A stretch of DNA of 32,000 nt, from positions 17,468 through 49,467 of the forward strand of contig CAYHYM010000005.1 of assembly GCA_964360965.1 (NCBI GenBank), read 5' to 3'. Below are positions 6,944-15,005 of the stretch, piece after piece. Made by a program: the position numbers and the translations under genes. The notes below the pieces were generated by a model, which made no database searches, was not told the DNA's origin, and was given only the letters and a program-made list of their open reading frames with translations. The DNA comes from an uncultured Gammaproteobacteria bacterium (lineage in GTDB: Bacteria; Patescibacteriota; Microgenomatia; Daviesbacterales; UBA10151). Numbering within the stretch: the first letter of the stretch is position 1; the number at the start of each line of letters is the position of its first letter.

Positions 6944-7880
6944 ACCCGTTCTTCTGAGGGAAGTTATAGAGGCTTTAGTTGTTAAAGAGAATCGTTGGTA
7001 TTTAGATTGTACTTTGGGAGACGGAGGCCATTCTTTAGAAATTCTAAGGTTGGGTGGAAATGTTTTGGGTATAGATGTAGACCCCCAGGCTTTGGAAAGA
7101 GTGAAAAAGAGGTTACAGGCTGCAGGTCTTCGACTCCGAGGTCGCTCAGACTCGAGGAGTTACAGTGGACAGGATTTTAGATTAGTTCAGGGTAATTTTA
7201 GAGACCTTAAAAGTATATTACAAAATCAGACGGAAACTAAGGGTTTAAAGTTTAAGGGTTGTTTATTTGATCTTGGGGTTTCCAGTCTGCAACTGGAAAG
7301 ACCTGAGAGGGGTTTTTCTTTTTCAAGGGAAGGACCTTTGGATATGAGAATGGATCCTGCCCTTTCTGTTTCGGCCCTGGATTTGATCAAAGGTTTAAAT
7401 AAAGGAGAACTATATGAACTATTTGCTAAACTGGGTCAGGAAAAATTGGCTAAATCCCTGGCTGCTGCTTTGGTCAGCGCCCGTAAAGTAGGGAATGGGG
7501 AAAAGGGAGTAGGGATTAGTAGTACAAGACAATTTACAAGTTTAGTGGAGGGTGTATATCGAAAGCATGGTATCCATAGACAAAGGATACATCCTGCCAC
7601 CAGGGTGTTTCTGGCCTTAAGAATGGCAGTAAATGACGAGCTAAATGCACTTAAAGAGGGACTCTATCAGGCAGTAGATTTAATTGAAAAAAATGGTCAC
7701 ATTGTAGTTATATCTTTTCATTCACTGGAAGATAGGATTGTTAAAGATACTTTTAGACAGTGGCAAAATGATGGATTGGGTGAAACTACGATAAGAAAAC
7801 CGATCACTCCTGCAGAGGAAGAGGTAAGGATTAACTTAAGGTCCAGATCGGCAAAGATGAGAGTATTCAGAGTTAATTAA
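6927..7880 (+). CDS. rsmH: 16S rRNA (cytosine1402-N4)-methyltransferase RsmH
   Basis: Motifs HKPVLLREVIEAL, DCTLGDGGHS, FDLGVSSLQLE, GPLDMRMD, HPATRVFLALRMAVNDEL and ISFHSLEDRIVK. It carries an unusual GC-rich internal segment (see repeat 7122-7173). Confidence 0.95.
   Translation: MEGYHKPVLLREVIEALVVKENRWYLDCTLGDGGHSLEILRLGGNVLGIDVDPQALERVKKRLQAAGLRLRGRSDSRSYSGQDFRLVQGNFRDLKSILQNQTETKGLKFKGCLFDLGVSSLQLERPERGFSFSREGPLDMRMDPALSVSALDLIKGLNKGELYELFAKLGQEKLAKSLAAALVSARKVGNGEKGVGISSTRQFTSLVEGVYRKHGIHRQRIHPATRVFLALRMAVNDELNALKEGLYQAVDLIEKNGHIVVISFHSLEDRIVKDTFRQWQNDGLGETTIRKPITPAEEEVRINLRSRSAKMRVFRVN
7122..7173 (+). repeat. GC-rich palindromic island lying in frame inside rsmH
   Basis: Sequence GCAGGTCTTCGACTCCGAGGTCGCTCAGACTCGAGGAGTTACAGTGGACAGG. 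It contains ACTCC (7133-7137) / GGAGT (7156-7160), the palindrome CTCGAG (7151-7156) and the near-direct repeat GACTCCGAGG / GACTCGAGG. Its 3' 16-mer matches 6446-6461 in the mraZ leader at 13 of 16 positions. Confidence 0.55.
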
Positions 7881-7886
7881 CTGTCT

Positions 7887-8180
7887 ATGACTATCATAAA
7901 AAAATTTGAAAAGGAGCAGCAGAGGGTTATTCCCCAAAAATTTATCTTCATCTCTTTTTTAATTTTACTGCCTTTAATTTTACTGCAAATTTGGGCATAT
8001 AATACTTTGGGTTCATTTGGGGAAAAATTATCCCAAATAACTTCTTTGCAAAATAACCTAAATTTAGAAAATCAAATTATTGAGAATGAAATTGCCAAAA
8101 CTTCCTCTTTACAAAATTTAGCCTCACAGTCTGCCCAACTTGGTTTAAGTTCTCCAAAAGAGGTAAAATATCTCCACTGA
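7887..8180 (+). CDS. ftsL: Small bitopic protein in the FtsL position (TM helix plus coiled-coil-like tail)
   Basis: 97 aa with TM segment FIFISFLILLPLILLQIWAY followed by a leucine/asparagine-rich heptad-like tail. It lies between rsmH and ftsI. The assignment is positional only. Confidence 0.45.
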   Translation: MTIIKKFEKEQQRVIPQKFIFISFLILLPLILLQIWAYNTLGSFGEKLSQITSLQNNLNLENQIIENEIAKTSSLQNLASQSAQLGLSSPKEVKYLH

Positions 8181-9856
8181 TGCGTGTACAAGTTATCAAA
8201 ATAGTTTTATGTTTATGTTTGATAGCTGTGGTGGTAAGACTTTTTTATTGGCAGGTTATTCGCAAAGACGATCTGGTTGCAGCTGGCGAGGGACAATATT
8301 TAAAAAGCGTTAAAGTGGCAGCCCAAAGAGGTAAAATTTTTTTTTCTGACGGTTCGGTTTTAGCTTCAACACAACCCTCATTTACTCTTTTTGCAGAGCC
8401 AAAAGTAATAAAAGATGATGACAAAGGTAGAATTGCCCAAGATCTTGCCAAAACAATTTCTCAGGATCAAAATGATATTTTATCACAACTTAAAAAAGAC
8501 TTATTTTGGGTACCGATTAAAAAAAATATTGATCTTAGTTTAAAAAAAAACATAGAAGCCCTTAAAATTAAAGGGATTGGTTTTGAAAAGGAAAGCCTTA
8601 GGTTTTATCCTGAAGGATCATCATCTGCTCACCTTTTGGGGTTTGTGGGATACAGCGCCAAAGGAGAAAGAGTGGGGTATTTTGGTTTAGAAGGATTCTA
8701 TAATGGGGAACTTAAAGGATTTGCCGGAAGATACCGTTTTGAAAAAGATGCACTGGGGTTGCCAATTTTGATTGGACAATTTATAAATTTTTCTCCAGTA
8801 AGAGGTAAAAACCTTTTTCTTAATATAGACAGGACTGCCCAATTTATTATGGAGAAAAATTTAAAGGCAGGTATTGAAAAGTATGGGGCCAAAGGTGCCC
8901 TGGGATTGATAATGGATCCTGGGAGCGGGGCGATTTTGGCAATGGCAGCATACCCCAATTACGACCCTCTAGAATTCGGTCAATTCCCAAAAGAATATTA
9001 TAAAAATCCTTTAATAGCTGACCAATATGAACCTGGTTCAACCTTTAAAGTTTTAGTGATGTCAGCTGCTTTAAATGAAGATGTTATCAAATCTGATACT
9101 AAATGTGATATTTGCGCAGGCCCAATATCTTTGGGGGGGTTTTTAATAAGAACATGGAATAATAAATATTTTCCGGAAACTTCTATGCAGGATGTGATTG
9201 TCCATTCTGACAACACCGGCATGGTATATGTTGGTAAAAAATTGGGTTTGGATAAGATGTACTCATACCTGGAAAATTTCGGATTAGGCAGCTTGACCGG
9301 GATTGATCTGCAAGATGAATCACTGGTTGATCTTCGTCCCAAAAATAGCTGGCGCGAGATTGATCTTGCTACAACTTCTTTTGGCCAGGGTATTGCTGTT
9401 ACTCCCATCCAGATGATAAGAGCAGTGGCAGCAGTGGCAAATGGAGGGTATTTAATGGAACCTCAGGTGGTTAAAAAAATTGAGGATGAAAGAATAAGTT
9501 TTGAGATCAAGCCAAAAGTTATCAGAGAAGTTATTAAAGAAACTACAGCCAAAATTATGACTGAGATGATGGTTAGGGCTGTCTCGGAGGGTGAGGCAAA
9601 GTTTGCCAAACCTAAAGGTTTTAAGATTGCCGGTAAAACCGGCACTGCCCAAATTCCCATTGCCGGGCATTATGATCCCAATAAAACTATTGCCTCATTT
9701 GTGGGATTTGCCCCGGCTGATAATCCAAAGTTTGTTATGCTAATAAAGTATGATCATCCCCAAACTTCACCCTATGGCTCAGAAACAGCCGCCCCCACCT
9801 TCTTTGAAATAGCTAAGGAACTTTTTGCTTACTACAAAATTGCTCCAAGCGAATGA
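8180..9856 (+). CDS. ftsI: Class B penicillin-binding protein / peptidoglycan D,D-transpeptidase FtsI
   Basis: An N-terminal TM helix and PBP-dimer domain are followed by the transpeptidase motifs STFK (EPGSTFKV), SDN (HSDNTG) and KTGT (AGKTGTA). It has a 1-nt TGATG overlap with the upstream gene. Confidence 0.9.
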   Translation: MRVQVIKIVLCLCLIAVVVRLFYWQVIRKDDLVAAGEGQYLKSVKVAAQRGKIFFSDGSVLASTQPSFTLFAEPKVIKDDDKGRIAQDLAKTISQDQNDILSQLKKDLFWVPIKKNIDLSLKKNIEALKIKGIGFEKESLRFYPEGSSSAHLLGFVGYSAKGERVGYFGLEGFYNGELKGFAGRYRFEKDALGLPILIGQFINFSPVRGKNLFLNIDRTAQFIMEKNLKAGIEKYGAKGALGLIMDPGSGAILAMAAYPNYDPLEFGQFPKEYYKNPLIADQYEPGSTFKVLVMSAALNEDVIKSDTKCDICAGPISLGGFLIRTWNNKYFPETSMQDVIVHSDNTGMVYVGKKLGLDKMYSYLENFGLGSLTGIDLQDESLVDLRPKNSWREIDLATTSFGQGIAVTPIQMIRAVAAVANGGYLMEPQVVKKIEDERISFEIKPKVIREVIKETTAKIMTEMMVRAVSEGEAKFAKPKGFKIAGKTGTAQIPIAGHYDPNKTIASFVGFAPADNPKFVMLIKYDHPQTSPYGSETAAPTFFEIAKELFAYYKIAPSE

Positions 9857-9878
9857 CATTAAGGTATAATTAGGGGCT

Positions 9879-11111
9879 ATGGAGCAAATAAAAAGAGTTC
9901 TGCGACCGCTGCTACCGCAGCAATTTATAAATATTTTTTATCATTTACCTCAAGCTGTTTTGGCCAATGTTTTTTATGGCTTCCCCGCCAGAGGCGAGGC
10001 TCGCCAGGGGCGGCCCACCAGGGGACTGACTGTTATTGGAGTGACCGGAACTGACGGCAAAACTACCACAGTTAACATGATTTATCAGATAATCAAAAGT
10101 GCTGGATTTAAATCTTCCATGGTTTCAACTGTTAATGCTTATGTTGGCGGAAAATCTTATGACACCGGATTTCATGTCACCTCACCTGACCCATTTATGG
10201 TGCAAAAATTTGCCAAAGAGGCAGTTTCTCATGGTGATAAATATCTGGTTTTAGAGGTAACATCACACGCGATAGACCAGTACAGATTTTGGGGGATAAA
10301 ATTTGATATTGGAGCAATTACCAACATTACCCATGAACATCTGGACTATCATAAAACTTTTGAGAACTATAAAAACACCAAGCTTAAGCTTATTAAGGAG
10401 GCTAAGTTTGCTGTAGTTAACCAGGGGATTCAGGGAGTTCAGGGGAAGATAATTAGCTTTGGTTTAAACAAGGGAGATTTTAATCAAAAAGAAGTAAAGT
10501 TAAAGTTAAAAATTCCTGGAGACTATAACATTGAAAATGCCCTGGCCGCGCTTGGTTGCGCCTTCGCTCTAAATATTGACAAAAAGATGGCCCAAAAGGC
10601 TTTGGAAAATTTTCCAGGTTTATCAGGCAGGATGGAAGAAGTAAAAAACAGCAGAGGGATTAAAATAATAATTGACTTTGCCCACACCCCAAATGGTTTG
10701 GAACAGGCCTTAAAAACTTTACATTTACACCTGAAAGGTGCGAAGCTAATATCTTTGATCGGGGCAGAAGGCTTAAGAGATGTGGGAAAGCGTTCCATGA
10801 TGGGTGAGATTGCCCAACGGTTATCTGATATAGTAATTGTGACCTCTGTTGACCCAAGAGGGTTGCTTAGACAAATTAATGAGCAAATTAAGCGGGGGTC
10901 TTTAAGAGCCGGAGCAAAAGTTGGAGTTAATTTTTTCATTATTGACGATAGAGAAAAAGCCATAGATTTTGCTATAAATAATTTAGCTAAAAAAGGAGAT
11001 ATTGTGGGAATTTTTGGTAAGGGGCATGAAAAATCGATGAATTTAGATGGAAAAGGGGAAATTCCCTGGTCAGATAGAGGAGTTGTACAAAAAACACTCA
11101 ATGGACAATAA
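9879..11111 (+). CDS. murE: Mur ligase in the MurE position (UDP-MurNAc-L-Ala-D-Glu:diamino-acid ligase), N-terminally short form
   Basis: P-loop VIGVTGTDGKTTT, DFAHTPNGLEQALKTL and IVTSVDPRG (in the place of the DNPR motif). It is only 410 aa, and the P-loop starts near residue 55 rather than about 110 as in E. coli MurE. Confidence 0.8.
   Translation: MEQIKRVLRPLLPQQFINIFYHLPQAVLANVFYGFPARGEARQGRPTRGLTVIGVTGTDGKTTTVNMIYQIIKSAGFKSSMVSTVNAYVGGKSYDTGFHVTSPDPFMVQKFAKEAVSHGDKYLVLEVTSHAIDQYRFWGIKFDIGAITNITHEHLDYHKTFENYKNTKLKLIKEAKFAVVNQGIQGVQGKIISFGLNKGDFNQKEVKLKLKIPGDYNIENALAALGCAFALNIDKKMAQKALENFPGLSGRMEEVKNSRGIKIIIDFAHTPNGLEQALKTLHLHLKGAKLISLIGAEGLRDVGKRSMMGEIAQRLSDIVIVTSVDPRGLLRQINEQIKRGSLRAGAKVGVNFFIIDDREKAIDFAINNLAKKGDIVGIFGKGHEKSMNLDGKGEIPWSDRGVVQKTLNGQ
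9983..10024 (+). repeat. GC-rich nested-hairpin island lying in frame in the murE 5' region
   Basis: Outer stem CCGCC (9985-9989) / GGCGG (10009-10013) encloses inner stem GGCGA (9993-9997) - GGC - TCGCC (10001-10005). CCAGGGG is repeated directly at 10004-10010 and 10018-10024. It encodes PARGEARQGRPTRG just before the P-loop. Confidence 0.5.
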
Positions 11112-11691
11112 AATAAAATTGATAGCTGGTTCTTTTGGCCGGGAAAAGGTAAAATTTAATGAGCTGTTGTCAAATCATACTGCCACCAGATTTGGAGGTC
11201 CTGCTAAAATGTTTGCTGTGGCCACAACTTTGCGTGAAATTACCAGGCTGGTAGAAGACTGCAAACAGCTAAATGTGCCCTTTTTGGTGATTGGAACAGG
11301 CAGTAAAGTGGCTTTTTCAGATTCAGGCTTTTTGGGTGTGGTCATTAAAAACAGGACGCAAAATATTAAAGTGGTTTCAATTAAGGGTAAAGTGTCCAAA
11401 AAAGGTTTGGGTTTGGATTTTGCCTTGATTGAAGTTGACAGCGGATTGACTTTGGAAAAATTTACTCAATTTTTATCCGTTCAAGGTCTGGAGGACGGGC
11501 AATTTAAAGATTTGACAGGCAGTATCGGCGGCAACCTGTTTTTAAATCCTGCCCTGCAGGAAAGAGTTGAAAATATTAGAGTTTTAGATGAAAATAGTGA
11601 GTTACGACAAATTATTTGGCAAAATTTAAGTTTGAGAAAACACGTAATTTTATCTGTTGTTTTTAAGATAAATGCAAAATCCAAAATATGA
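11101..11691 (+). CDS. MurB-like protein with FAD-binding (PCMH-type) domains only; the C-terminal substrate-binding/catalytic domain is absent
   Basis: The block LSNHTATRFGGPAKMFAVATTLREITRLVEDCKQLNVPFLVIGTGSKVAFSDSGFLGVVI aligns with the MurB N-terminus. GSIGGNLFLNPAL lies in the place of GIPG-x-VGGA-x-x-MNAGAYG. The ORF ends after about 196 aa, against about 300 for MurB. I prefer the ATG at 11101 because the spacing to the TxxGG block matches MurB. The track ORF starts at 11047 inside murE. Confidence 0.65.
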   Translation: MDNKIKLIAGSFGREKVKFNELLSNHTATRFGGPAKMFAVATTLREITRLVEDCKQLNVPFLVIGTGSKVAFSDSGFLGVVIKNRTQNIKVVSIKGKVSKKGLGLDFALIEVDSGLTLEKFTQFLSVQGLEDGQFKDLTGSIGGNLFLNPALQERVENIRVLDENSELRQIIWQNLSLRKHVILSVVFKINAKSKI

Positions 11692-12890
11692 ATATCTTAG
11701 ATCATCCCATCTGGAGAAACGTTACCCCCTATAAAAGTAGAATTTCATCCTTAAAAAGACCACTTCATCTTTTTTTAATGTCTCTCTCAAAAATATACGC
11801 TCATTTTTATTCTGCTGATATGTTTGTGGGTGTGACAGGTTCTGTGGGGAAAAGCGCCACAGTTTCAGCCTGTTTTCATGTTTTATCGCAAATGTATAAA
11901 TCACTTCAAACTTTGCCCAATCTTGACCCGATTTTAAATATTCCCCGGACTATTTTAAGGCTTAACCCAACAATTAAAAGAGTAGTTTTGGAAATGGGAA
12001 TTGAGTATAAGGGGGAGATGGATTTTTATTTATCGCTGATTAAGCCCAAAAAGGTTATTGTCACCAGGATTTATTATGCCCATAGTGAATTTTTGGGCGG
12101 GATAGAAGAAATTGCTGCTGAAAAAGGTAAACTGGTCGAGAATTTGTCTGAGGATGGAGTAGCTATTTTAAACTGGGATGATTTATTCTGTCGAAGGATT
12201 GGATCAAAAACAAAAGCACAAGTTGTTTACTTTGGAAAAGATGAAAAAAATTGCTTAATTTGGGCCGGTAATGTGAGAATAAAAGATTTCAAGACCATTT
12301 TTGAACTAAACTACGGAGTGGAAAGGGTTGAAGTTAGATATAACCTGTTGGGTGAACATCAGATCAACTCAGCCCTGGCAGCAGCTTGCCTTGGTGTTTT
12401 AGAGGGTATTCCTCTTGTTAAAATAAAAAGGGGACTGGAGAATGTAACAGCTTTAGAACATCGTCTTACTCCGCTGCTGGGTCCTAACGGTTCAATTATT
12501 TTGGATGATACTTATAATTCATCTCCTGCTGCGCTTGAACAAGCTCTTTCCACATTGCTGCAAATCCCCGCCAGAAGAAGGGTGGTGGTGTTGGGTGAAA
12601 TGAGAGAATTAGGTAGTTTTTCCGAGAAACTTCATAGAGAAATAGCCGGGTATATTTATAAAGAAAAATTCGACCTGGTCATTTTAGGCATGGGTGAGGT
12701 GCAGATTATTGCCGATGAGCTTTATAAATTGGGATTTTTAACTGAGAGAGTAGAGTCCGGTTTACAAAATGCTCAAATTGTGTCCCGCCTTTTGAAAATA
12801 CTGGGAAAAGGTGATGTTTGTTTGATCAAAGGATCAAGGGCTGTTCGGCTGGATGAGGTAGTTAAAAGAATTGCCAAAAAAATACCATGA
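11688..12890 (+). CDS. murF: UDP-MurNAc-tripeptide--D-alanyl-D-alanine ligase MurF, N-terminally short form
   Basis: Motifs VGVTGSVGKSAT, DDTYNSSPAALEQALSTL and VVVLGEMRELG. It is 400 aa, with the P-loop near residue 49. It has an ATGA overlap with the upstream gene. Confidence 0.85.
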   Translation: MNILDHPIWRNVTPYKSRISSLKRPLHLFLMSLSKIYAHFYSADMFVGVTGSVGKSATVSACFHVLSQMYKSLQTLPNLDPILNIPRTILRLNPTIKRVVLEMGIEYKGEMDFYLSLIKPKKVIVTRIYYAHSEFLGGIEEIAAEKGKLVENLSEDGVAILNWDDLFCRRIGSKTKAQVVYFGKDEKNCLIWAGNVRIKDFKTIFELNYGVERVEVRYNLLGEHQINSALAAACLGVLEGIPLVKIKRGLENVTALEHRLTPLLGPNGSIILDDTYNSSPAALEQALSTLLQIPARRRVVVLGEMRELGSFSEKLHREIAGYIYKEKFDLVILGMGEVQIIADELYKLGFLTERVESGLQNAQIVSRLLKILGKGDVCLIKGSRAVRLDEVVKRIAKKIP

Positions 12891-13897
12891 CTCATTTATT
12901 AGGCTTAGTGCTGTTGTCATTTTTTATCACCAGCTTTTTTATGGTTCCATTTATAAATTTTTTGTTTTATTTGAAAGCAAGATACAAAAGGCCTATCCCT
13001 AAAGGTTATGATGACAGTAAAACTCCAATACATAACAAACTTTTGAAAGGTAAGGATGTTAATACTCCGGTGGGAGGGGGAATACTTATCATAGTTCTTC
13101 TTATTATTTTAAGTTTAGGATATACCCATTATTTTAAAATCCAAGAGCCGACAGATATTTATATTTTGATTTTAACGCTTGTTTCTTTTGGTTTTATAGG
13201 GTTAATTGATGATGTACAAAAAATTTTGATTGCCTTTTCCGGCAAATATGCGGGAATTAAGGCTTTACTGATATTGGTGCTTCAAACAATTTTTGCCCTG
13301 CTTTTAGGCACAATTTTATATTTGCAAGTGGGCCTTAATAATATTTACATTGCCGGACTGGGAAATTTTGTGATTGGATTATGGTACATTCCTCTGGCTG
13401 CGTTTATGATTGTGGCTTTTTCCAACGCCTATAATGTCTCTGATGGTTTGGATGGGTTATCCAGCGGGCTGTTGCTTATTTGTCTTTTTGCCCTGCTTGT
13501 TTTGGCTCAATCCGGACTTAACTTAAATCTGGCAGTATTTGTGGGTATTTGGATTGGGGCGTTGCTGGCATTTTTGTACTTTAATGTTTATCCGGCCAGA
13601 ATTTATTTGGGAGATGCGGGAGCGCTGTCTTTTGGAGCAACTCTGGCAGTGGTTGGACTTTTGACCGGTAAAATTTTAGCTTTGGGAATAATTGGAGGCG
13701 TTTATGTAATTATTATTGTCTCATCTACCATTCAAATACTTTCCAAGAAATTTTTCCAGCGTAAATTTTTCCCTGTGGCGCCCATTCACATGTACTTTAA
13801 ATATATTGGATGGGAAGAGCCTAAAATTGTTTTTAGATTTTGGCTAATACAGGCTCTTTTTGCAATTTTAGGCTTATGGCTGGCACTTATATACTAA
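12887..13897 (+). CDS. mraY: Phospho-N-acetylmuramoyl-pentapeptide transferase MraY
   Basis: A polytopic membrane protein with NAYNVSDGLDGLSSG, YPARIYLGDAGALSFGATLA and PIHMYF motifs. Confidence 0.95.
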   Translation: MTHLLGLVLLSFFITSFFMVPFINFLFYLKARYKRPIPKGYDDSKTPIHNKLLKGKDVNTPVGGGILIIVLLIILSLGYTHYFKIQEPTDIYILILTLVSFGFIGLIDDVQKILIAFSGKYAGIKALLILVLQTIFALLLGTILYLQVGLNNIYIAGLGNFVIGLWYIPLAAFMIVAFSNAYNVSDGLDGLSSGLLLICLFALLVLAQSGLNLNLAVFVGIWIGALLAFLYFNVYPARIYLGDAGALSFGATLAVVGLLTGKILALGIIGGVYVIIIVSSTIQILSKKFFQRKFFPVAPIHMYFKYIGWEEPKIVFRFWLIQALFAILGLWLALIY

Positions 13898-14979
13898 ATT
13901 CTCAGAAAAAAAGTGTTGATTTACCCCTTGTTATTTGTGTTGTAGTGCTTACCTTATTGGGTCTTTTGATGGTATTTGACGTGTCAGTACCTCAGGCTTT
14001 AAAGGATTTTTCCGATGGCAATTATTATATTAAACAGCAGCTATTGTGGGCGTTTTTTGGGACTCTTTTAGCATTTTTTTTTACAAACTTTGATTATCAC
14101 TTTTTTAAAAGGATATCCTCTATTCTTTTCTTTGCCTCTTTTGCCATGCTGGTGGCTGTTTTTATCCCTGGATTGGGTATTTCTGCGGGGGGGGCTCACA
14201 GGTGGCTTAATTTGGGTTTTATTACCATCCAGCCTGCTGAAATTATCAAATTAACAGGAGTGATATTCTTATCATCAATTTTTGAAAAATCTGCCAGGTT
14301 TATACCTTTTCTTGTTACTGCAGCTGCAGTAACTTTGGTCACCGCCATCTGGCAAAAAGATTTGGGGTCTGCCACTGTTTTTGTAATAGTTTCAGCAGCT
14401 CTCTATTTTTTAAGCGGGGGACCAAAACTGCATTTTTTAATTGCCGCTCCTTTGGGGATTTTAACTTTTGCTGTTTTGGTATTAACTTCAGGGTATAGGA
14501 AAAGTAGAATTCTGGCATTTTTAGATCCTTTTTCCGATCCTCAAGGTTTTACTTATCATATTTTACAAATACTTATTGCACTGGGAACAGGAGGAATTTT
14601 CGGAGTAGGTTTGGGGCAATCCAGGCAGAAATTTGAATATATACCTGAAGTTACAACAGATTCCATCTTTGCCATTATTGGGGAACAATTTGGTTTTTTA
14701 GGCAGCACTCTGGTAATTGGTCTCTTTATATTTTTGATCTTGCGAGGGTTTAAGATTGCCCAAAGCACGGAAGATAATTTTGGCAGGATTTTGGCTTTGG
14801 GAATTACTGTCTGGTTGGGAGTTCAGGCAGTTATTAATTTATTCTCCATGGTGGCCCTGGTGCCCTTAACCGGTGTGCCCTTACCGTTTATTTCTTATGG
14901 AGGCTCAGCCCTGGTGGCCAATTTAATAGCCATTGGCATACTGCTAAATATTTCCAAATCCACCCAAACTACAAATTAA
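13876..14979 (+). CDS. ftsW: SEDS-family peptidoglycan glycosyltransferase, FtsW by position
   Basis: FtsW/RodA/SpoVE motifs: RWLNLGFITIQPAEIIK, PEVTTDSIFAIIGEQFGFLGS and PLPFISYGGSAL. The ATG at 13876 is preferred. The track start at 13840 lies deeper inside mraY. Confidence 0.85.
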   Translation: MAGTYILNSQKKSVDLPLVICVVVLTLLGLLMVFDVSVPQALKDFSDGNYYIKQQLLWAFFGTLLAFFFTNFDYHFFKRISSILFFASFAMLVAVFIPGLGISAGGAHRWLNLGFITIQPAEIIKLTGVIFLSSIFEKSARFIPFLVTAAAVTLVTAIWQKDLGSATVFVIVSAALYFLSGGPKLHFLIAAPLGILTFAVLVLTSGYRKSRILAFLDPFSDPQGFTYHILQILIALGTGGIFGVGLGQSRQKFEYIPEVTTDSIFAIIGEQFGFLGSTLVIGLFIFLILRGFKIAQSTEDNFGRILALGITVWLGVQAVINLFSMVALVPLTGVPLPFISYGGSALVANLIAIGILLNISKSTQTTN

Positions 14980-15005
14980 AAAGGCAAGTTGAACAGGAGA
15001 AGGTA

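Noticed and set aside
6995-7180. 61-aa alternative-frame ORF inside rsmH
   Set aside because: It is out of frame with a high-confidence rsmH CDS. Its C-terminus (RSLRLEELQWTGF) is just another reading of the GC-rich island.
8998-9408. 136-aa ORF antisense to ftsI
   Set aside because: The same reasoning applies. It is embedded in a well-supported PBP gene and has no family signature.
604-10451. The G-X-Y cassettes as genuine collagen-like domains
   Set aside because: There are only three triplets per protein, embedded in globular enzymes. That is too short for a collagen triple helix. I kept it as a repeat or cassette observation instead.
11047-11100. Upstream ATG at 11047 as the start of the MurB-like gene
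   Set aside because: It would overlap murE by 65 nt. The ATG at 11101 gives the spacing to the TxxGG block seen in MurB proteins. This is not decisive without ribosome profiling or orthologue alignment.
10523-11101. 192-aa ORF antisense to murE
   Set aside because: It lies entirely within the strongly supported murE CDS on the opposite strand. It has no recognisable motifs and a low-complexity composition typical of antisense frames in AT-rich genes.
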